Assembly: GCA_020536535.1 (NCBI GenBank)
Contig: JAHLWZ010000579.1
Span: 1 to 64,000 of the forward strand
Source: Pelomyxa schiedti
Taxonomy: Eukaryota; Protista; Evosea
DNA: 64,000 nt
Direction of reading: 5' to 3'
Part shown: one piece after another, positions 1 through 9,635 of the stretch
Layout: the number at the start of each line of letters is the position of its first letter
Position numbering within the stretch: position 1 is the stretch's first letter
Made by a program: the position numbers and the translations under genes
The notes under the pieces: generated by a model
What the model was told of the DNA's origin: nothing
Database searches by the model: none
Seen by the model: only the letters and a program-made list of their open reading frames with translations

Positions 1-812
1 GACAGTCAAGTCGTCGCCAGTTCCTTGTATGAAACGAAGGAATGCCGTGAAAGGGCACCTGGAGCTCCCCTCTCGCGTCCACTCCCCAACCAGTACAAGC
101 TTCTAAAGAACAAATACCCATTGTAATGACAGTTACGACGAAATGCTAATTGTGGGTAAAGAGAAAACTACCTCGTCAACAGCCGGCAAACCGTCCCCTC
201 GCCTCAACATCTTTTTAGACCAAGTCTACTCAAGGAAACGATCGTTTCCTTCATGTGAAATCCTCCCTTTCACATGTGCCAAAGGTTGTTGTGGCAAGCA
301 ATCTGGAGTTTGACAAGATGACCGGGGTCTGTCATTGGAATTGAAAAATCAAGCGGGGATTCATGTCCACAAAGTTCAAGGGATCTTTCATTCCGAACAT
401 TTATCGGCCCAAGGAAAATGACGTCGTCCGCGCCCAAGTGTGCCCTTGACGCTGTGTTTGTACGCACTACCGCACAGCCGACTCCCACGCCGGGATCTCA
501 GCCATCTTCTAATGCCGCTGCGGCAACCTCTTCCGCTACTACAACACCCTCTTCTCCAGCCACTGGATCTGTCAGTGGTGCCGCAGAACGCGAGACTCCG
601 GCGACGTCCGCGTCTTCGGCGGAGACTTCAGCGGCGGCCCCGATACCGTCGTGCATTTCGCTGACTACTGTTCACGGTATGGGCGTTGGCGGCCCAACCG
701 TTAGGGGCTACGNNNNNNNNNNNNNNNNNNNNNNNNNNNNNNNNNNNNNNNNNNNNNNNNNNNNNNNNNNNNNNNNNNNNNNNNNNNNNNNNNNNNNNNN
801 NNNNNNNNNNNN

Positions 813-843
<31 letters not shown>

Positions 844-1250
844 AGGCTCCAATTCCTCATCCACCATCAACGTCAGCCTCAGGATCTCCATCCACAATGA
901 CCACACCAGTTGTGATGACCCCAAGTAGTGCCAACAGAAACTCTTAGGGAGGACTCCTTAAAATCAGTACCTTAGGATCCAGCACCAGAAAGGCACCTTC
1001 TATTAGAGGTCCTAATGTCATACTGCCTTCAACTTTCCCAAAGTCACCCACTGCTGCACTTATGACGCCCCCAACAAGTGCTGCGGTCCCCGAACAACAA
1101 AGACCCTCAACCAGGTTGATGACATCGACACCACAAACAACAGCAATAGAAACAACAACTGCAGCACCGCGACCGGTTGGCACACCACAGAAACCACAAA
1201 CCCAGTTAGCAATCATTCGCCGTACTCCTCCTCGAACGAGGCCTGATTGA
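1..1250 (+). CDS. Partial hypothetical protein with a long Ser/Thr/Pro/Ala-rich C-terminal region; 5' end outside the window, interrupted by the assembly gap
   Basis: Open segments LEFDKMTG and FMSTKFKGSFIPNIYRPKENDVVRAQ are followed by an intron-like gtgtgc...cgcacag, then low-complexity PTPTPGSQPSS...; the frame resumes after the gap and ends at TGA 1248-1250. Exon structure is uncertain. Confidence 0.4.
713..843. other. Assembly gap (100 N, 713-812) followed by a 31-nt poly-C run
   Basis: Seen directly. Frame and distance across the gap are unknown. Confidence 0.95.
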
Positions 1251-1341
1251 GCCCACTACGACAGCGTCTGTTACTCCTACTCGGCCAACGCCCCTAAGCC
1301 TTTTAGATGGATAAGATATTCACCAGCAGAGGCATTTGCAC

Positions 1342-1601
1342 GGTAAACACATTTTCATCCTTCATTTCTCTTACACTAACATATTTTCATGGTTGAGTTG
1401 TGGTCACATGCCTTACTCTTCTTGTACCTTGTGCTTTCTTGGTGACCTTCCTTCTGATCGTCGGTACGGGATACGTCGTGTATCTCGCGGCATTGGAGCT
1501 TGCGGATATGTACCACCTTGGACGAGGCTTTGTTGATCAGTTTGTTATCCCGAAAATATGTTAGTGCAACAAGAAGTGAAAGGAGATGAAAAGGCATTAC
1601 C
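1342..1601. repeat. Imperfect ~50-bp inverted repeat flanking a 163-bp core (MITE-like or hairpin element)
   Basis: Left arm 1342-1388 ggtaaacacattttcatccttcatttctcttacactaacatattttc; reverse complement of right arm 1552-1601 ggtaatgccttttcatctcctttcacttcttgttgcactaacatattttc. The inner 15 bp are perfectly complementary. No target-site duplication seen. Confidence 0.7.
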
Positions 1602-1712
1602 ATTTTTTGAACTTGTTGTACTACCTGTGGAACTGTACTTTCCCAAGGCCTTGAGGATTCTTCTTGTTGAGGCTAGGAAACCCGTTTCCATTGAGGAGGT
1701 TAGAGTAAGCTT

Positions 1713-1815
1713 CTGCCGGCGCACTAGTGGCGGAGTTGTGTTGAGCGTTTGTTCCATGACCCACAGGGTGCGAGATCAAATCCGGGGCCTACGGCCCCAC
1801 CGACAGTTCTTTTTG
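1713..1815 (+). ncRNA. Putative Pol III type-2 small RNA, tRNA-iMet-like, copy 1
   Basis: A-box-like TGGCGGAGTTG at 1728-1738, B-box-like GAGATCAAATCC at 1772-1783, GGGGC/GCCCC hairpin, 5'/3' terminal stem CTGCCGG/CCGACAG and an oligo-T terminator. Duplicated 162 bp downstream. Confidence 0.55.
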
Positions 1816-1874
1816 TTTTTTTTTTTTTTTTTCTGGTGCTTGAGGGAGGAAGGAACAAGGAGGAGGTGGCAATT

Positions 1875-1977
1875 CTGCCGGCGCACTAGTGGCGGAGTTG
1901 TGTTGAGCGTTCGCTCCATGACCCACAGGGTGCGAGATCGAATCCGGGGCTTACGGCCCCACCGACAGTTCTTTTTG
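1875..1977 (+). ncRNA. Putative Pol III type-2 small RNA, tRNA-iMet-like, copy 2
   Basis: A box 1890-1900, B box GAGATCGAATCC 1934-1945, same stems and oligo-T tail. Four substitutions versus copy 1 over the 94-nt core. Confidence 0.55.
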
Positions 1978-2174
1978 TTTTTTTTTGGGGAGGGGGGTGC
2001 TTGGGACTGTTGTATATAACTTCTTCGCACAAATGGATGTTGAATGCCTTTGAGCCCACAACACTTGTCTCAAAGGAAAACCTGCCCGTCGACATCACAC
2101 ATAAAAAACTTTTTTTTTTTTTTGTCACAGATCGTAACAGAGCGGTGTGTGTTTAGGCGTGTGGTGTGGTAGGC

Positions 2175-4189
2175 ATGTCGTCTAGACGTCGTGTTGTGAT
2201 GGTGGAATCTGTCACAGTCAGTTGCGGGTGTTCGTTGCCTGGCGCGGTCATTCGCAGGCGAGACAGTGCCCCGAGATCTTTGTCGTATCACCGCATCGTT
2301 CCACAACAGCAACAACCGGTGCCTTCCGTTCAAACTACCCTCAATTTCCCTCGCGAAAAGCGCTCGGAACCGCCCGACCCCGACACACTCGTCCCGGCGC
2401 GCGTTGGCGCCCATCAAAGCGCCACCACTACGGCGGTTTCCAAGTCACCCGATTCTAGTTCTGCTTCTGCAAGAAATGAAAACGCTGTTGGCGATCCTGC
2501 TGCCTCAAAAAGTTGTGTTGATTCCGCTGCGGCAGTTTCTGCAGATGTGACTGCTGCGCCTATGATTGCCCCTTGTGGAATTGTGGCCCCGCCGGGCGTT
2601 CTTATGGTGTCACATGTGGCCGTGCCGTTTGTGCCCAAGCCCGCGTTGCACAGGAACAGAGCCCAATTGTCTCATGTCGATATTCCTGAAGTGCCAGAAT
2701 TTGCCTGTGTGGCGAGGGCATGGGGAAATACTCGGGATGAGCTTGTGACCCCATCTAAAAGACATTTGTGCCAACGGCAGCGCTCTGGTGCACACTCTGA
2801 CGTTCTTACTTCAGGAAAACTCCCTCAATGTTCCGTGTTATCTAGAAGTGATATTTCTGAGGAAAGCCTTTCTCATTCGAACCTCTCCGAGTGTGAGCAT
2901 GACTGTGGCTCCAAGAGGAGGAGAGTTGCTAGTGCTATAAGGTTTCCCTTTATTTCCTTGTGGCACAAGTTCTAACAGGCAACAAGTTCGCAGACGTGCC
3001 ATGATGCTTCTGCCCACCAACTACCGTCGGATATCGGCACTGTATGTTTTCCTTTGTGTTTATTCGCCCAGTAACTGGCTTGTTACAATAGAAACCAACC
3101 TGTGAACCTATCCCGCCAATTCGTAGTTCACAACCAAGCAGAGAAAACGACGTTGTGGATGCACCTCAAAAAAAGAATACCTCTTATGCAGTCCCAATTA
3201 CAGAGGCAGACGAGGCTCGCCTCAAGCCAGAGCAGTTACTGAATGACAGTTTGATCGAATTTTATCTTCTGTACTGGCAGAGCAGCCCTCAGTATAGAGA
3301 CATCCACTTCTTCAATACCTTTTTCTTTAAAAAACTCCAACTCCGCAATGATACCGACAAATCTCTTCGGAAATGGACGAAGCACGTGCAGCTTTACGAA
3401 AAGAAATTTCTCATCATCCCCGTCAATCACACAAATCACTGGTGCGTTACTATTGCATGCATGCCTAATTCTGGTTTTGAGGAATCACCGTGCCTTGTTC
3501 TACTTGACTCTTGTAGAGACCTGTACGAACCCTATCACAACAACATCGGCCGACTTATTACGGGGTATCTGGAGAATGACTGGAAAGTGAGCCACCCAGA
3601 GGCTACGCCACCTAAGTTCTCCTTATATGTTCCACACGTGCCACAGCAAAACAATGGAAGTGACTGCGGCGTCTACATGCTACTCTTCCTGGACCATTTT
3701 TTGCGTGAAGCTCCGCTAAGCGTACGAGCATTTGACCTCTGGGACTTTCCACTTCAAGCTGCCGAAACCTGCCGAACGAAGCTCGGAGAACTTGTGAAGC
3801 AACACAAGGATGCCGCAGAGCAAGATAAAAAGCCAGCAATGTCAAACCAGGAAGAACCAGGGAGTGATGTTGAAGCTCAGTGCGAAATTGTAGATGTTAA
3901 GCATCCATCAATTCCACTCGACTGCGATTCACTGGTACCAGATGACTGTTGCTTTGTCAAGGAGGTTCACTATGACCGCACTGCATATGAGGCAACAACA
4001 GCCCCCGGAGATGTAATAACTCTTGATTCTGAAGGTGAGGGTAACCAAAGTGAAGCTGAAACCAACTACGACAGCATTGATGACAGTGCAGAAGACTCAT
4101 CCTCCCCCAAGAGTGACGAATCCAGCACAGAAGAAGCGCCAACCAAAGCAACAATTTTCACCCAAGAATGTGATAAAGACTTATTGTAA
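2175..4189 (+). CDS. SUMO/Ulp1-family cysteine protease (Peptidase C48, SENP6/7-like), multi-exon
   Basis: Motifs LNDSLIEFYL, IHFFNTFFFKKL, IIPVNHTNHW (catalytic His), LLDS (Asp) and VPQQNNGSDCGVY (oxyanion Gln, Cys) in ORF 3155-4189. The upstream ORF (ATG 2175) is joined via GT-AG introns at ~2942-3110. Confidence 0.9.
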
Positions 4190-4309
4190 ACAGTACTAGT
4201 AACAAACAAACTAAAGCAAACTTTGTTCCTCTTTCACTGACGATCAAAAAAAACCATTTCTTTCTCTTTTTTTTTTGGAAACGACACGAGGGTCTTTCAA
4301 AACGCCCAT

Positions 4310-7300
4310 TCAGTACGCCTCTACGCTGATGCGTTTTTCGCGTAGCATGTCTTCGATGAGGCGATCGGCTTGTTGCTCAGTCCACCCCCCGGTGGCCCTC
4401 AGGCAGTCCTTGACGGCCTGGAGCACCTGCTGGGGCACGCCCATCGCCGGGCCGCAGTAGTAGACGCGGCACCCCTGCCGCGCGACCAAGTCGGCCAGCG
4501 CCAGCCTGGTGGCCTCGGGCGCGGCGCCGCGGATCCGGTCCTGCACGAACACGAAGTGGGCCTGGTCGTGAGAGAACGCGGCGTCGACACCCATAAGCGC
4601 CCCGCTGGCTTTGTAGCCCGACAGCTCGTCGCGGAAGAAGTAGTCGCTGTCGCGGTGGCGGCAGCCAAAGAACAGGAGGGCCGGGCCCAGCAGGGGACTG
4701 GCGCCACCGCCGCTGTAATTGCCTTGCGAAGGGCGGGGCGCAAGAGACTCATGGGATTGGGGAGCAGTGGTGGTACTGGATGTGGGTTCTGGTGCTGTTG
4801 GTTCTGGTGATGGTGCGTGAGACTGGGACTGTGATTGAGAGCTCTGAGCGGAGGATAGGAGGAACTCGCGCTCTTGGAGGAATCCACGAAACGGGGCTAT
4901 TCCCGTCCCGAGCCCAATCATCACAATCGGCACTGCAGGGTTCTGTGGAGGAAGGAGGATTCCACGTCTCACACGGAGTGCTACGAGGCTAGAATCATCA
5001 AGAGCTGTGACGGGCTCTGCCTGCGGCGTGCTACTGGTCGTTTCTGCGGTCTGGGCTCTATTTTTCAGAGAGAACAGGTAGGAGGTGCAAAGGCCTTCTT
5101 TGGCTTGCCCGCTTGCTGTGCGGTACTTGTAGAGCACAACTGCCAATTGCATTACACTCCCGCGCGGCTGGAATGCATTGGGGCTGGAAGCGATGGAATA
5201 TGCTCTCGGCCTTATTAGTGGTACCATGGATATCAAATTCGCGAGAGGGGGCACTGCTGAAGGAAATCTAATGAGTGAATCTGCGAAACTGTGACTGGCA
5301 ACGAATTCAGCAGATCTCACTTGAGCCTCTTCCATGGCTTGGTTACTACTTGGATCCTCTCCAATTTTTCTTGGTACAGTCAATTGCATAAGCATATTTC
5401 TCTCTGAGGGGTCCGCGGCAAATTTCACCAATTCACTCAGAAATTTCTTAGTGACAGGAGCAAATATGTCGAGATATTGGCAGAATAATTCCCCAATATT
5501 CAACTGTGAGGGAAACTGCTCTGCTGCTCGAATATCACCACTACTGCTCGAAGCAGGAGTCAGGTTTATCATAGTTGCAGCACTCAAACCCAAAAAATCG
5601 AGTAGTGGCAACACACTAGATTCCGCATTACGAGGAAGAAGATAGGCGTGATCACCAACATTGTAACTGACACCAGAATTTCTCAAATCAAAGTCAAATA
5701 GCTTAGCAGGCCTATCATATCCCTCGGCAGTGATGTAACTGGAATTCATGAAGCGTATAAAATGAAACCCTGGAGGGCATGGCTTCTTGTACTTTCTGCC
5801 AACTGCAACTCCAAGTGACACGATCAATTTTGGCACTGGTGGGTCATTTAGTGCTTCCCCCGCACCGCCAAAGGCTTCCACGCACTGTTTTACCCAGTCA
5901 TAGTATGACTCCATCCCATTTCCAATCGTTTTTTCGTCTACAAGTGCAGTTTCAACAACCCGCTCCGCTCCATGAGCCTCGAGTAACGAGTCAATCATCT
6001 TCCCTGCCTCACAAAATTTGGGATATGCTGTTGACCCAAATCCGCATACTGAATAATGAAGGCCACTCAGAATGCCCTTGTCGCATTTGTTAAGTTCCTC
6101 ATAGAACTTCTTGGCATTGTCAGGAAGTTCCCCCTCGGCAAACGTTGAACACAACACCATAACCGTTGGTTCACCACTGAGAGCAGATACATTGTAGGAA
6201 TTCAAAGTTTGACACCTAGCACTGGTGAATCCTGCCTTCTCCACTTCACCCACCAGGTCTCGCGCTACTGCTGCGGTTGCTCCGCCTTGTGAGCCATATA
6301 ATATCAATAAACCTGCACCGGCAGCGCTCTGCACTTTGTGGCCTTTGTCAATTGATGGCCTTGCCCCCCTGTTCGTGTAGGATGTGTGCAACAATTTGTG
6401 GGCAACATGAGATCCAGGCGCCTTGAGGAAATGCTCATATAAATTCTGAATGGCAGGGTTCTCATGTGATTTTCGGAGGTTTTTCATTTCATCAATAGAG
6501 TAGATTCCTTTTGCCCTTTTTTGGAGTACTAGCTCATCTTCACTTTGCGGCTGTCCACCACCTCCAATGCAACCACCCGTGCAGCACATTATTTCGACGA
6601 AGTGATACTTCTTATTTCCGGTATCGAGCTTATCAAGAAACGATCTAACATTCGCCGCACCATGCAAGACGGCGATATTGAGCCTAAGTCCACTCAGATT
6701 GACTGTTGCTTCCTTCAAACCTTCAAACCCTCGCACTTCAGTGAAATCTACCTATTGTTGCTAAGGCAAATATCAGTACTAACAAAAGCTCACATCAAGA
6801 AGTGGTTTTCCCGTGTACAGTTCATATGCTGTACGAAGTGCCGCCTCCATCACCCCTCCCGTGGCACCAAATATTTGGGCTGCTCCGGAGCTCTGCCCAA
6901 GAGGGTCGTCATATTCAGAAGGTATCACCATTTTCCAATCTAGAAACGTTTTTAACTACTAGCAATATTGCGAATACAAATACCAATTCCTTTCTTTGCA
7001 AGCAAACGAGCGAACTCCCTTGTGGTTAATACAACATCTACATCTTTTTGACCTTCTCTTAGTAGTTGCGGTCTTCTTATCTCCTCCTTTTTTGCTGTGC
7101 AAGGCATCAGTGCTACCTGGTTATGGAATATTAACCCTAAAACTATATTGTGAAGGAAACTTGGTATATTTTCCGCGGATCTAAATGAGCCATTTGTGCA
7201 AAGTACGTCTTGACAATTGGTGCAAGCATCATCATCGGTGATTTGCAGGATGACAATAGAGACAACAGCTTAGGATACTTCTTTTCAATCAGGTTGATCC

Positions 7301-8529
7301 ATGCAGGGCAGCAGGATGTGAACATCGGGAAGGGTCCACCTTTGGCAAGTTATTCTTCAAGAAATTATCTGTATATCACCTTGCTGAATCCTGTGAAGTA
7401 GTTCTGTCCCCTCCTCGACAATAGTGAGGTCGGCACCAAAGTTGGTATCAAAAACATATTTGAATCCAATTTGCTTGGCGGCACCTATTATCCGTGATGT
7501 TTCAATGGACCCTGGAATTCCCCCAAAGCACTCTGAAATAGCAACCCTAGGCTATTCACAATCAAAAAAAAGGAAGGTGTGCCATATTTTGAACATACTG
7601 AAGGTGCTGTCTGCAGCACCGGAATCAGCTTTGGATCCTCCAGGGCTTTAATAACCTCCGCAGTTTCATCCCTTTCAGTGATGGCACCTACTGGGCAGAA
7701 TGTACTGCATTGACCACATGAAATGCAATCCGACTCTGCCAGAACGCCCCCTTCAACAGTCACCTGCCCTTTAAGGGAATGAATTTCCTATCACGAACTC
7801 TTCATTAGTACAACCTGTGTCTCCCGCTTGAAGAATCCCCATTCCTTGCAATGAAGAACAAGCTCTCAAGCAACGACTGCAAGCTATACACTTGCTTTGA
7901 TCAATGGTAATTGCTGCCGAACTTTCGTCCTTTAGCCCTTCCTACATTCTTAGTGACAACCAAACCCCAGCTTAAACCACATACATCAGCAATATCCTTC
8001 AAATGTGAAATCATAGGGCTATCTCCAGAGGATCTAACCATATACCCTGGTGCCAATGACATCATTTTTCTTATTGCAGCCGAGGACCTAGCCTTAACAC
8101 CTGTAGCGGACCAAAACCCACAAGTAAGTTTTCCCTCCCCACACCTCCTAGATACGGCGAACCGAACCACAGACCTTGAGTATCAGTCCTGATCGACATT
8201 CCCGGAGATACTTTCGTGGAGCAAGCCAACTTGTACGCCGCTGCACCAGTTTCGTTCTGAGTCTCAGTCTCAGCCCCAGGCCTATTCTCAGCGGCGCGGT
8301 CGGGCGTCGAGGACTCCGCGATCTCGACGACGCAGACTCCGCATTTTCCACTGGGAGGGAGCCTGGGGTGGTGGCAGAGGGTGGGGACTGTGACCCCGGC
8401 ACGTGCGCAGGCGTCGAGGACGCTGATGCCCTCCGGGACCACGAGGGGCCGGCCGTTGATGCTGACGCGGACGTCGTGCGTAGGTTCTGGTTGGTTGCTT
8501 TTGTTGTCACTGCCGGTTGTGGCGGACAT
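4310..8529 (-). CDS. hydA: [FeFe]-hydrogenase fused to C-terminal flavodoxin, FAD-binding and NAD(P)H-binding domains (CPR/CysJ-like); roughly 8-9 short introns
   Basis: [2Fe-2S] domain (PTLCHHP...GKCGVCVVE...LACST); two [4Fe-4S] motifs (CIACSRCLRAC, CISCGQCSTFCP); H-cluster motifs TSCCPAW, MPCTAKKEE and EIMCCTGGCIGGGGQP; flavodoxin (ILYGSQGG, CSTFAEGE, FGSTAYPKFC); FNR module (RAYSIASSP, GLCTSYL, GLGTGIAPFRGF, LFFGCR, YYCGP); ends ISVEAY. Confidence 0.95.
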
Positions 8530-9635
8530 TGTTGCCTGAGCCTGTTGTCTGTTTTAGTGTCACCTAATAAAAAAAGCTTAGTCAATGTGCTAATTTTTTT
8601 TTTTTTGAAAATGCAACTGCGCTTCTGAGGCGCTCAGGACACTGCCACAGTGTTTGTCCCAGTCGTAATGTCTGGAAAGCGTGTGGACAGCAACCAGTCG
8701 AAAAGCCCAAAACGGTGTTTAGGAGAAGCAGGAGAAATGGTTTCGTCGTGGTTGGAGGGTTATGGGTTGTGCGCGGTGGTGTACTGTTGCCTTGGGGCTC
8801 AGGTGATAATCGGCGGAGCATTGGAGCCTCCTCCTGGGCAGTCTATGCAGTCATTCTTGGTGCTATTCAGGCATGGTAACATTTGCTGCCGCACTATTGG
8901 CTTTGTTGTTGTTGTGGTTGTGGTTTTTGTAGTTGTTTGAAGCGTTGCCAATGTTATTTATTGTTGGGTTGTTAAAGTCACATTTTCTTTGTTGGGGCTC
9001 ATGACAAGTCTGGAGGGCCTGTCGATGTGCGCGCTGTTGGTGGCGTTGTACTTGATTGTGGCGCGGACATTTCTATTCAGTGCTGGATTATTTGGGGAGG
9101 TGGTTAGGAAGTTCAAATCATTCCTTGGAATCACTGCCATAAACTTTGTGTTTACTCTTGCCGTACGCTTTTACAGAGTGGTAATTACTGTTCCGGTCTT
9201 GTTGGCATTGTTCCTAATAAAAGTGTAAAATAGGTGCTAGTTATAGATATGGTTCCTCCTGTAGCAATTTGGGACTGGCCTGGTTACTTTCCGTTGTATA
9301 TAATACAAAAAATAGGTACTTCCTAGTTCACATTTGTTTTTCCTTTTAAACTAAAACCTACCAACAGTTCAACATGTATATTTTATGTGGGTACTGGTAA
9401 CACTGTACAGACTGAAGGAGCCAACATGGTACCAAGCAGATACCTCAGCCATATCTCGACTCTTCCACTCGTGATTCTTTCTCTGTGTGTAAAGAAGACC
9501 TCACCATCAAGTGTTCAAAAAAACACAAAGGTGAGCCGTATGCCACATAAAAAAAGAAAACCAACTTCGTATTTGTTTTTATCAACGACACCTTTCCAAG
9601 CCTTCGCGTTTATTTAAACAAAAAAAAAGAGAAAA

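Noticed and set aside
813-843. Poly-C run as a G-quadruplex or poly-Pro feature
   Set aside because: It abuts the assembly gap, so its length and context are unreliable.
945-947. In-frame TAG interrupting an otherwise open S/T/P-rich frame (possible readthrough or alternative genetic code)
   Set aside because: The TAG can be the acceptor of a 36- or 39-nt in-frame intron. All conserved genes in the window (RPS29, hydA, VHP) use standard stops and need no recoding.
1395-1545. H/ACA snoRNA or a small ribosomal-protein gene in the core of the inverted repeat
   Set aside because: An ACA follows a 6-bp stem on the minus strand, but there is no H box and the second hairpin interior cannot pair. 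No reading frame matched a protein I recognise.
1713-1968. Calling the repeated elements functional tRNA-Met genes
   Set aside because: The acceptor stem (GCACTAG vs GCTTACG) and T stem (GCGAG vs CCGGG) do not pair, so no cloverleaf forms.
8530-9635. MLRRLS... ORF (8582-8821) as an organellar targeting presequence for the hydrogenase, or a separate gene
   Set aside because: An in-frame TAA lies just upstream of ATG 8529 and I found no convincing splice that joins the two frames. The other ORFs here are short and low-complexity.
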